From a virus (lineage: Duplodnaviria; Caudoviricetes): a DNA stretch of 24,965 nucleotides. The stretch spans positions 1 through 24,965 of IMG/VR virus record IMGVR_UViG_3300025087_001226; one strand, 5' to 3'. The notes beneath the pieces are model-generated. The model saw only the letters and a program-made list of their open reading frames with translations. It ran no database searches and had not been told where the DNA came from. The position numbers and the translations under genes were made by a program. Each line of letters opens with the position of its first letter. Positions within the stretch are counted from its first letter, which is position 1. This document shows positions 9,060 to 16,396 of the stretch, piece after piece.

Positions 9060-11885
9060 TTAACCTACTATTACAACTCCTTTCGCCGTTACCGATATTG
9101 ATAAAGGTTCAAATGTTGATGATGACGACTCTTCTATCGTTACACTTTCTGAAACATTACTGCTATCAGATGTTCCACCTGCGGTGTAAATTTCAAATCT
9201 CATATCCAAATTTCCCGAATCGGAGACCCACCAAACATCCGAACTGTAACCGATCGGCTTTCCGTTTGCGTAGACATTTGCATTTTGCCAACCGGGATCA
9301 CGGTAATCATCAGCATAGACATTTGTAGTTGTGTTCCAAGGTGCAAGGTAGAAACAATATTGTGTGGTAGGTGTGATCGCAAGTGGTGTGGGTAGTGAGT
9401 ACTTTGTTAGAGCGGTAGAAAGTTGTGAGTTAGGAATCGTCCAAGAATAAAGTTCGCTTCCGACAGTGTGTTCGGGAGCGAACTCTATATCTGCCGTATC
9501 GATATAAACCTTCATTCCCTGCGTTCCTGTCGAATACATACTGAAGGATATTGCCGTTAATATTGATCCCGTTGTTTTAAAACCCATCCCTCTGTATCTG
9601 ACTCCAGCCCATTCACCAAATCCTGCATAAGTATTTGCGAGAGGTTGGCTTTGATCTAATATGTCACCGCTTGAAACATAAAGAGTATTGGGTGGAATTG
9701 TTGTTACTACATCCGCTATTTCTATATCATTGTGGATATTAATAAGTTTTATGGTAGATGAACTCGTTACAACCGTGACACTTTCCGAAACACCAACATT
9801 GTCATACCACTCAGTTGTATCTAAATAAGTTTGAAGTACCGTACCCGCATAGTTGGGTTGGTAATCATAACCATCACTAGCATCGGCATCATACATTATT
9901 TGCTCAAGCCCGCCCGTAGCTCTCCAATAGTTAAAACCAATTAAGATACCGTCATTTGCAAGGCGTGTAAAAGCGTCATACATAGTCTTTAGATATTCTG
10001 TATGCTCCGTTTCCGTCCTTATTGGTGTAGATCTTCCCGAATCCAAAGACCAATAATCTCCCCATTCCTGTAAAAAGACTGGTTCGCTGTGCTTGTCGGA
10101 AACTTCACGAATATCTATTTCCATAGCCTCTGGTGATGCGTTGGTTTTAAACTGTTCGTGTCCAGAATATTCTAAGTTTCCAGAATAATCCGACAAAACC
10201 CTGACTGTCCCATCCGCTACGGTTGATGTCAGATGAAAATGATAAGTTCTGTCACAATCGGGGTTGTCCCAATAACAGGTAAAAGTATTCCAAGCGTTAT
10301 TTACTAATGCACCATTAGCCTTATTAACCTGATAACTATTTGTTTTGATCGAATAATCAGTGTGATCGGGGAGCTGTACGGGCTGGTTATATTCATTGTG
10401 GATCGTCATTGTCCAGTCGCCTGTTCCCTTATTCACAATAAAGACATCTATGGAGTCGTTTAATGCTATCTTTTCAGGTATAAATGAACATTTGTTGGAT
10501 GCTGTTTCACTTAACGTTAGTGGAACGGTATAGGTATCTGTTCCGGCTACATTTGTTTGGCTTGCATAATCTCCGCTTGAAAATCTTTCATTAAGTCCAA
10601 GAGACGATCCATAATGGTCGGTAGGTATTATGTGGGGATATTCAAACATCTCTCCACCCCTTCCCCCCTGAATTACACCTGTGAAGTTCTGCGAACTCAT
10701 ACCCGAATAAACAAATATCCCGTGATTTGCGAACATTCTTTCAATACAGTAAGCGAGTTCAACAAAGAAACTGTTATAACCCCCTTGGGTTCCTAATGAC
10801 TGGTGCGCATCCGCTTCGGGATAGGGTGCAATAATATCCCCATTCGCAAAAAGGGTGATGTTTGTTTCCAACCAGTTTAAACATTTGTATATCCAAGTGT
10901 CTGTATCTTGTATGGGGGTGATTCTCATATCATCAAATTCCCCATAGTCGCTCTCTCCTGAAAAACCGCAATATCCGTAGGTATAAGTTGTATTAGTTAT
11001 TTCTATATCCCAAGTTCCGGGTTCTGCCGATCCATCAGCCCAAGATTTGCCTTTGATTGCTGAACCGTTGCATTGTAGCTTTAGCCAGTACCAATTTCCT
11101 TCAGTATAGGTTTTTGAAACACTGCCAAGCGACTCAAGTCCGGGTCTTTCAATTCTCAACTCTCCCGTTCTCATCTGAAGTCCGTAACCTGGATAATTTG
11201 CGTCTGTTGAGGCACGGCATATAATTTGCTGATTGCCGACCTTTTTAACCTTAGCAACCATTGTCATATTGTTAAGATATATTTGTCCGTATTCCCTATA
11301 GGCTTCAAAGTCCTGTAAAAATAAAACAGTTCTTCTCCAACCGTCAGATGAGGGTCCGTGGAGTACCCCACTTGAAATAGACCAATCATTACCCGTCTGG
11401 TGTGCCGTATAGAAGTTTGCAATAGTATTAGAAGAAAAAGTATCCTCTATCGTGTCTGCAAAATATGTATATCTGTTGCCGTTTCTCCTGTCATAAACAG
11501 GGGTCATATAATAAAGACCACCCGCTTCAAAAGTACAATCAGTTCCCCTCCACAAAACACCCTTACCTTCGGTGTGGATTTTGTCGCAAAACTGTGCTGT
11601 GTAAGTAGCTGGTTCACTATCAAAAGCATAACCTCTATCTGCAACCGCCTCGGCATCGGTATTCATAGGGACAGATACGCCTATATGGGTTATGTTGAAG
11701 TTACTTACAATGGACTCAATGGCATTATCCGACTGTGTGGCTGAAATATTAGTATCAAGGGTATCTTTGGTCATACCCATAATATCAATTCCTCTAAATG
11801 GCATACCCGCCATACCCCTTCCACCGATAAGCCAATCGTTATTAAACTCCGAAACCGCTACGCTGTCATATAGGTTTATATCCAT
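9060..11885 (-). CDS. 941-aa virion protein with putative clan-A glycoside hydrolase TIM barrel, inserted lectin-like domains and DSVxVSE repeats
   Basis: Barrel-like motifs FRGIDIM, THIGVSVP, IHTEGKGVLWRG, DIIAPYPE, PVFLQEWG, LIGFNYW. ConA-like insert (GYGLQM...WYWLKLQCNGSAIKGKSW...GYCGF...FDDMRI). Starts with MDINLYDSVAVSE. Confidence 0.6.
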   Translation of the reverse strand: MDINLYDSVAVSEFNNDWLIGGRGMAGMPFRGIDIMGMTKDTLDTNISATQSDNAIESIVSNFNITHIGVSVPMNTDAEAVADRGYAFDSEPATYTAQFCDKIHTEGKGVLWRGTDCTFEAGGLYYMTPVYDRRNGNRYTYFADTIEDTFSSNTIANFYTAHQTGNDWSISSGVLHGPSSDGWRRTVLFLQDFEAYREYGQIYLNNMTMVAKVKKVGNQQIICRASTDANYPGYGLQMRTGELRIERPGLESLGSVSKTYTEGNWYWLKLQCNGSAIKGKSWADGSAEPGTWDIEITNTTYTYGYCGFSGESDYGEFDDMRITPIQDTDTWIYKCLNWLETNITLFANGDIIAPYPEADAHQSLGTQGGYNSFFVELAYCIERMFANHGIFVYSGMSSQNFTGVIQGGRGGEMFEYPHIIPTDHYGSSLGLNERFSSGDYASQTNVAGTDTYTVPLTLSETASNKCSFIPEKIALNDSIDVFIVNKGTGDWTMTIHNEYNQPVQLPDHTDYSIKTNSYQVNKANGALVNNAWNTFTCYWDNPDCDRTYHFHLTSTVADGTVRVLSDYSGNLEYSGHEQFKTNASPEAMEIDIREVSDKHSEPVFLQEWGDYWSLDSGRSTPIRTETEHTEYLKTMYDAFTRLANDGILIGFNYWRATGGLEQIMYDADASDGYDYQPNYAGTVLQTYLDTTEWYDNVGVSESVTVVTSSSTIKLINIHNDIEIADVVTTIPPNTLYVSSGDILDQSQPLANTYAGFGEWAGVRYRGMGFKTTGSILTAISFSMYSTGTQGMKVYIDTADIEFAPEHTVGSELYSWTIPNSQLSTALTKYSLPTPLAITPTTQYCFYLAPWNTTTNVYADDYRDPGWQNANVYANGKPIGYSSDVWWVSDSGNLDMRFEIYTAGGTSDSSNVSESVTIEESSSSTFEPLSISVTAKGVVIVG

Positions 11886-11890
11886 AAGCC

Positions 11891-11927
11891 AAAAAAAAGT
11901 GACGGTCTTTATGCTAGACCGCCACTT
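11891..11927 (-). terminator. Intrinsic terminator (no promoter partner)
   Basis: Minus strand GTGGCGGTCT-AGCATAA-AGACCGTCAC followed by T8. The upstream TAA stop is in the loop, and the next ATG is 5 nt after the U-tract. Confidence 0.8.
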
Positions 11928-12118
11928 GCACCAATGCCGTCATTGACATTGATCCCCAATGCAGGCGGACCTCTGTCCTCAATTTTCTTCAAAGTAATAA
12001 TAAGCGGTTTGTCTTCATTAGACCTGAACCACTTTAATATAGCTTTCCTAATAATCTTTACCGCTTTTGAAAATCCATCTGCGGTAAAAATAGTGTCATT
12101 TACGTTTATTTCTAACAT
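11909..12118 (-). CDS. Small hypothetical protein carrying two INVNDxI motifs
   Basis: 69 aa, tightly packed in the operon. EINVNDTI and GINVNDGI resemble the repeat of the two downstream large proteins. Confidence 0.65.
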   Translation of the reverse strand: MLEINVNDTIFTADGFSKAVKIIRKAILKWFRSNEDKPLIITLKKIEDRGPPALGINVNDGIGASGGLA

Positions 12119-12121
12119 AGT

Positions 12122-12286
12122 TCAATAATTAGTTTTACTACCCCTTTCAACAACTGTCAAAAATACCCTTTTTCCAACCTTTATTTTATCTCCGATTTTA
12201 GGGTTATATTTTAAATCTTTTATTACAACCCCATTGACTTCAACCGCACCCTGCTTAATTAGTCTTTTTGCCTTGCTTATGCTCAT
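12122..12286 (-). CDS. Stand-alone S4 RNA-binding domain protein
   Basis: SISKAKRLIKQGAVEVNGVVIKD..YNPKIGDKIKVGKR matches the S4 domain consensus (SxSxARRLIxQGxVxVNG...GDxIxVGK) and resembles the TyrRS C-terminal S4. I prefer ATG 12286 over the track start at 12307. Confidence 0.8.
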   Translation of the reverse strand: MSISKAKRLIKQGAVEVNGVVIKDLKYNPKIGDKIKVGKRVFLTVVERGSKTNY

Positions 12287-13088
12287 TTTTTTCAGGTATA
12301 AATTCACTTGGAATATTTAAAGGATATTGTGTCCCGTTCTGGTCAATGTGTTTTGTAAAGATATTTGTATCAACTAAAAATGGGTATTTCATCTTTTGAT
12401 ACTTATTCCACCCCGCCTTTTCAAAATACTTTTCAGTTATAACTCTTTGGCACCAAGCAAGGTCTGACGTTCCCGTTGAGGTTATCATTGTTCCCTTCAT
12501 CGGATCGTAATAAACCTTTGAAGGTTCGGCAAACACCCTTCTTGTGACCTGATCGCCGATACGGTATTCAGGACTGTCGTTCCACATAGCTCTAATAATG
12601 CTCATGTGTACCAAAAGACAGCCCGTAGGAACACCATCCGCCCAAACCTTTTCCCCCATCTTCCACTTGTCAAAATATGAGTTTCCAATACCTCTGTAAA
12701 GTAGCGGTTCGGGGGGGTTACTCTTTGTAAAGTAAAGTCCCGATACAACAGGTACGGTCTTCTTTCTCATATATTCATTAAGTCTCCAAAAAGTATTGGG
12801 TGGAAGAACATTGTCCTGCTCAACCAAAAACAACCATTCAGCATCTTTCTCGATAGCAGACCTGACTATCATATTCTGTGCATCGGATACAATATAACGA
12901 AGTGGGGCAACCGTAGGGATCCACTGCATCACATCCGCCATACTCCAGTTGGTAGGAATGAGCTGACCATATCTTGCCAAAACCCACTCAATCCTCACAA
13001 GACCCGTGACGGGCGTTCCGACAATGACATTCTGTTTCCAAACCCCAGTATTTTCTATTATTTTACTTTCAAAACTTGTATATTTCAT
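12255..13088 (-). CDS. GT-A fold (GT2-like) glycosyltransferase
   Basis: IVGTP, 'AQNMIVRSAIEKDAEWLFLVEQDNVLPP' (EQD in place of DxD), VVSGLYF, GCLLV, 'SDLAWC', 'LVDTNIFTKH'. Confidence 0.75.
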   Translation of the reverse strand: MKYTSFESKIIENTGVWKQNVIVGTPVTGLVRIEWVLARYGQLIPTNWSMADVMQWIPTVAPLRYIVSDAQNMIVRSAIEKDAEWLFLVEQDNVLPPNTFWRLNEYMRKKTVPVVSGLYFTKSNPPEPLLYRGIGNSYFDKWKMGEKVWADGVPTGCLLVHMSIIRAMWNDSPEYRIGDQVTRRVFAEPSKVYYDPMKGTMITSTGTSDLAWCQRVITEKYFEKAGWNKYQKMKYPFLVDTNIFTKHIDQNGTQYPLNIPSEFIPEKNEHKQGKKTN

Positions 13089-13696
13089 TTTTCTATAATT
13101 GCGTATAAAAGGTCGTTTCTGGCTACTGAATTTTTATGGGGTGGATTAACTGTACCCACTTTCGGTAGTTTTACACCCTTTGGAATGGTATACATTTCAC
13201 CCTTGTAAAAACCGGCTCCGTTAAGAATGTAATTTAAAAATTGTTGTGTGAACGGGCAACGGTGAACCTCACCTTCAGAATGTCCGTATTGATTCCCGTA
13301 AATTACTTCAGCCACATCGTAATACTTCTTTGGATCGAAACTCCCCTCTAGTCTCATATCAATCCAATCTTTAGCACATCCGTCAAACTGGTTGGTCATT
13401 ATTATTAGTTTTGCGCCCTTCTTCATTACTCTATATATCTCTTTTAGGTATTCAACCATCTGATACATAGGAAAATGCTCGATGGTATTCATCATCTCCA
13501 CATAGTCTGCGTAATTGTCGGGAAAAGGCATATTCTTTATATCCGCCTTGACCCACTTCGCACCTTTTTCAATTTTTGCGTATTTGTATGGTCCTTCTTT
13601 CTTCAACAACTTCTCAAAGTCAATAAAGTTATCGACATTGATAAACCCCTTTCGAAGCCAGATTCCACATCCCAAGTTCAAGTTATTTTTTGCCAT
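13085..13696 (-). CDS. Class I SAM-dependent methyltransferase
   Basis: LNLGCG motif I, GFINVD, DIKNMPFPDNYAD, IEHF, EIYRVMKKGAKL. Confidence 0.85.
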   Translation of the reverse strand: MAKNNLNLGCGIWLRKGFINVDNFIDFEKLLKKEGPYKYAKIEKGAKWVKADIKNMPFPDNYADYVEMMNTIEHFPMYQMVEYLKEIYRVMKKGAKLIIMTNQFDGCAKDWIDMRLEGSFDPKKYYDVAEVIYGNQYGHSEGEVHRCPFTQQFLNYILNGAGFYKGEMYTIPKGVKLPKVGTVNPPHKNSVARNDLLYAIIEK

Positions 13697-14219
13697 ATAT
13701 TTGATAAGGATGGAACGACTTATCGTCCAACCTTTTTTCTAAAACAACCTCCAGATTACCGTTCTGATACCAGGAACTCTCCACTATCTTCCAAGGCTTT
13801 GGTCGGTAATTCTCGTACATTTTCCCACCGGATAGTTGCCCGAACGGATCAAAGTATTCCCAAGTATATTCATTACAGGGGTTACAGTGTGTGGGGTCTT
13901 GAAAATAGCCTACCGAACCGGCATAAGGAGTTGCTATCATAAATTGTCCCCTTGGTTTTAATATTCTCCACGCCTCATCCATAAAGTTAATAAATACGCC
14001 TTTGTGGGGATCGATATGTTCTACAAGCTGAGAGGCAACCAATAAGTCAGCGCAGTTATCGGGGAATGGCCAGGGGAAAACTTCAAGGTCGTGTACAACA
14101 TCCACTCCGGGGAAATCCTGTAAATCAACATTTATAAAACCATATTGGGGTGTATCTCCACAACCCAAGTTGATATTTATATGCTCTCTGCCTTTAAGCA
14201 ACTCTTTAATCTTCTTCAT
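13683..14219 (-). CDS. Class I SAM-dependent methyltransferase
   Basis: INLGCG, GFINVD, HDLEVFPWPFPDN, LVEHI, EAWRILKPRG, DPTH. Confidence 0.85.
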   Translation of the reverse strand: MKKIKELLKGREHININLGCGDTPQYGFINVDLQDFPGVDVVHDLEVFPWPFPDNCADLLVASQLVEHIDPHKGVFINFMDEAWRILKPRGQFMIATPYAGSVGYFQDPTHCNPCNEYTWEYFDPFGQLSGGKMYENYRPKPWKIVESSWYQNGNLEVVLEKRLDDKSFHPYQIYGKK

Positions 14220-14226
14220 AAAACTG

Positions 14227-14281
14227 ATGAACTTTTGGGTAACGTTGCCGTAAATCCCAAAAGCTCATAAGTGGCAACGTT
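14227..14281 (-). promoter_or_regulatory. Interleaved inverted repeats (pseudoknot or two-state RNA element) upstream of methyltransferase gene
   Basis: On the minus strand, AACGTTGCC (14281-14273) pairs with GGCAACGTT (14249-14241), and ATGAGCTTTTGGG (14268-14256) pairs with CCCAAAAGTTCAT (14239-14227). The order is A-B-A'-B'. Confidence 0.55.
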
Positions 14282-14288
14282 TTTAAAG

Positions 14289-14783
14289 TTAAGCTGTTGC
14301 AAAGCGTAATTGATAGGTTACGTTCACGCTCTGATTCGTCTGCAATTGGCTTGTAGCATAGGTGTTTCCACAAAGGATACTTCCCAACCCCGTTGACGAT
14401 ACTGCAAATACACCGATATTTTGAATCGTGCGGTTTGCTGTAACAACATTTGAGGCTAAAGTTCCAACCATCTGTAAAGTCTTGGATGAAACTACGGAAG
14501 GCGTCATTGTGAACCTACAGGCTGCTGCATCTCCCAGTTCTGCATCAAGAGATGTTGCTGTCGCTCCTGGAGCCGTACCTGTTCCAAGCGCAAAGTAAGA
14601 TACTTGGCTTGATCCTGATATTGCTGCTGCTGGTTCAATTATGTAGTGTTGGAAACCCAAATTGGTTACAAGGTTTTTGCACCATCCGGAATCACCGACA
14701 ACTTTTTTCTTTCCGTCAGCGTGGTCAACAACTTTAAGTCTGTAAAATCCTGCTACGTTAACTGCTTCTATTGCTTTCTTCAT
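14289..14783 (-). CDS. Putative virion structural protein (beta-rich, tail-collar/decoration-like)
   Basis: 'KNLVTNLG', 'YFALGTG...TSLDAEL', 'IQNIGVF', 'VNVTYQLRF' pattern is common in phage structural proteins. Start moved to ATG 14783 because the track's GTG at 14792 lies inside the GGGGGTGA RBS. Confidence 0.65.
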   Translation of the reverse strand: MKKAIEAVNVAGFYRLKVVDHADGKKKVVGDSGWCKNLVTNLGFQHYIIEPAAAISGSSQVSYFALGTGTAPGATATSLDAELGDAAACRFTMTPSVVSSKTLQMVGTLASNVVTANRTIQNIGVFAVSSTGLGSILCGNTYATSQLQTNQSVNVTYQLRFATA

Positions 14784-14806
14784 TAGTTTCACCCCCTTCC
14801 GCCATT

Positions 14807-14833
14807 AAAAAAGGAACGGTTTTATCCGTCCCT
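14807..14833 (-). terminator. Intrinsic terminator, cassette copy C
   Basis: Minus strand GGGACGG-ATAAAA-CCGTTCC followed by T6. Confidence 0.75.
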
Positions 14834-14836
14834 AAA

Positions 14837-14880
14837 AATGAGAACAATTAAAGATTATCAGCTAATTTAATAGTTGTCAA
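14837..14880 (-). promoter_or_regulatory. Sigma70-type promoter plus conserved start-site motif, cassette copy C
   Basis: TTGACA (14880-14875, contains the upstream TGA stop), 17 nt, TAATCT (14857-14852) with extended TG, then TTAATTGTTCTCATT. Confidence 0.8.
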
Positions 14881-15998
14881 TTTAGGACGGTCTCCCTATA
14901 AGCATTAACCCATTTGTCAGCCCATACTTTTGCGTCTCTGTTGGCAAGTACATAACTGTAAGCATTTCCCCCGATCTCCAGACGTTTGTCAGGCATTAGA
15001 AGAAGTGTTTTAAGTGCGTCATAGAATTCTTTTTCAGTTCTATAACGCATCGAGTTGCTGTCTGTTATATTCTCGGAATAAGGAAGAATGTTTTTGACTA
15101 CCGAAGGCACGCCCATAGCTGACATTTCATACCACTTTATAGAACTTTTATACTGATTGAATTTCAAATCATCTAATGGAATTATCGCAATATCCAAAGC
15201 CATACACATACTTCTGAATGAATGACCCTCAAATGGCACCCACGAATGGCTTTCAAGCAAATGTTTGTTATCTTCGTCTATTATTCCCGGGAATCCGTGT
15301 CCGAAATAAACAAATTTAAATTGGAATTCCCGCATAAGTTTATTTAAAGGCTCTCTGATTGAATACAGGTCCTCATAGTGACTTGATCCACCGCTCCACC
15401 CAACTCTTAACTGCTGGTTTGGCATTAGGTCTAATTTCCACCAATTCTCGAAGTTTATGCAGTTTGGTAGTACAGCTACATTTTTATTGTACTGGCTTGC
15501 GTATTCTTTTAACCTATTAGTTGTTACAGTAACCAAGTTTGCATTTTTTAAACCCCATATATGGTCTGCTAATCGTTTCTTATTCTTCTCGATACTAAAC
15601 CCCCCCACTCCGTCCTTCCATAAGTCTTTACCATTGTGTTTAACTTCTTTAGTGCCGTATTCTTCGTAGTGATTGGAATAAGGACTTATTAGTTCCGTGT
15701 TATCGTCAATATCTAACGCCCACGATTTGCCGATGTATTCAGGCATTGAAAGGATTTGTTTTATTCCTATTTCTCCGCCAGGTCTCGTTACTAAAATATT
15801 TGCCATTTGCATTGCTTTAGATACTTCCACCATATCATCCTTCTGCTGGTCAATAACGTGTGTATCGGAATTTGTAAACCTTTGTATCATCTCAAAAGGT
15901 TGCCTTATCCTATACCAACCGCATCCACCGGAATCCACAGGGGTAGACATGATGCGTATCGGTTTTATTTCAATTTTAGACATATATGTAATTCCCAT
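14877..15998 (-). CDS. GT-B fold (GT4-like) glycosyltransferase
   Basis: GCGWYRI..P, DIDDN, VTVTT..L, VLPNCI, VGWSGGSSH..DL, DIAIIPL...FNQYKSSIKWYE...MGVP. The start may be ATG 15983. Confidence 0.85.
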   Translation of the reverse strand: MGITYMSKIEIKPIRIMSTPVDSGGCGWYRIRQPFEMIQRFTNSDTHVIDQQKDDMVEVSKAMQMANILVTRPGGEIGIKQILSMPEYIGKSWALDIDDNTELISPYSNHYEEYGTKEVKHNGKDLWKDGVGGFSIEKNKKRLADHIWGLKNANLVTVTTNRLKEYASQYNKNVAVLPNCINFENWWKLDLMPNQQLRVGWSGGSSHYEDLYSIREPLNKLMREFQFKFVYFGHGFPGIIDEDNKHLLESHSWVPFEGHSFRSMCMALDIAIIPLDDLKFNQYKSSIKWYEMSAMGVPSVVKNILPYSENITDSNSMRYRTEKEFYDALKTLLLMPDKRLEIGGNAYSYVLANRDAKVWADKWVNAYRETVLN

Positions 15999-16396
15999 TC
16001 ATATCGATCCCTTTCAACTTTTGTAATCTCAAATTCCTTCTTTGAATAAAAATGTCCTGCCGGACTATCTTTCGTGAAGTAAAAAAAGAAAACGGGTCCT
16101 GGTATAAACTTAACGTGTGTCGGATCAATAAAAGCAAACTCACTCGGATAAGTAGGTACCCGTATATCAATCAATCCGCTTGTTTTTAATACATCACCCA
16201 CCTTATTAAAAAAAGCTACTGTGTCAGGTATGTGTTCGATAACATGATGACAAAAGATAATATCGTACTTCTTGGGAAATTTATAAGTCATAAAATCCCC
16301 TACATACTTTTGACCGAAGTCTATTAAGTCGATTCCATCCGCTTCCTTAATTTGTCTGTCTTTCGGTCCGCAACCGATTTCTAATATATCAGCCAT
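15965..16396 (-). CDS. Class I SAM-dependent methyltransferase (minimal)
   Basis: ILEIGCG, YDIIFCHHVIEHI, LKTSG.I.IRVP, DPTH. Confidence 0.85.
   Translation of the reverse strand: MADILEIGCGPKDRQIKEADGIDLIDFGQKYVGDFMTYKFPKKYDIIFCHHVIEHIPDTVAFFNKVGDVLKTSGLIDIRVPTYPSEFAFIDPTHVKFIPGPVFFFYFTKDSPAGHFYSKKEFEITKVERDRYEWELHICLKLK

Noticed and set aside
9055-9065. The 941-aa and 1557-aa ORFs as one frameshifted gene
   Set aside because: The junction is a clean TAA-T-ATG with no slippery site, the same spacing as at 777-781; more likely two coupled genes.
4385-11885. Diversity-generating retroelement or invertible tail-fiber system
   Set aside because: No reverse transcriptase or recombinase is present, and I saw no long near-identical nucleotide repeat pair. 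The repeats look degenerate at DNA level, though this was judged by eye only.
11943-11975. Plus-strand TTGACA as a sixth or antisense promoter
   Set aside because: No TANNNT at 16-18 nt spacing and no conserved motif.
14270-14291. Stop-codon readthrough or frameshift stimulated by the pseudoknot-like element
   Set aside because: The TAA is followed by a second in-frame TAA two codons later, and the slippery-looking TTTAAAAAC lies after the stop.
3232-16170. Short minus-strand ORFs nested out of frame in larger genes (3232-3468, 7219-7419, 8611-8817, 9200-9382, 15976-16170)
   Set aside because: They are contained in motif-supported CDSs and have no independent evidence.
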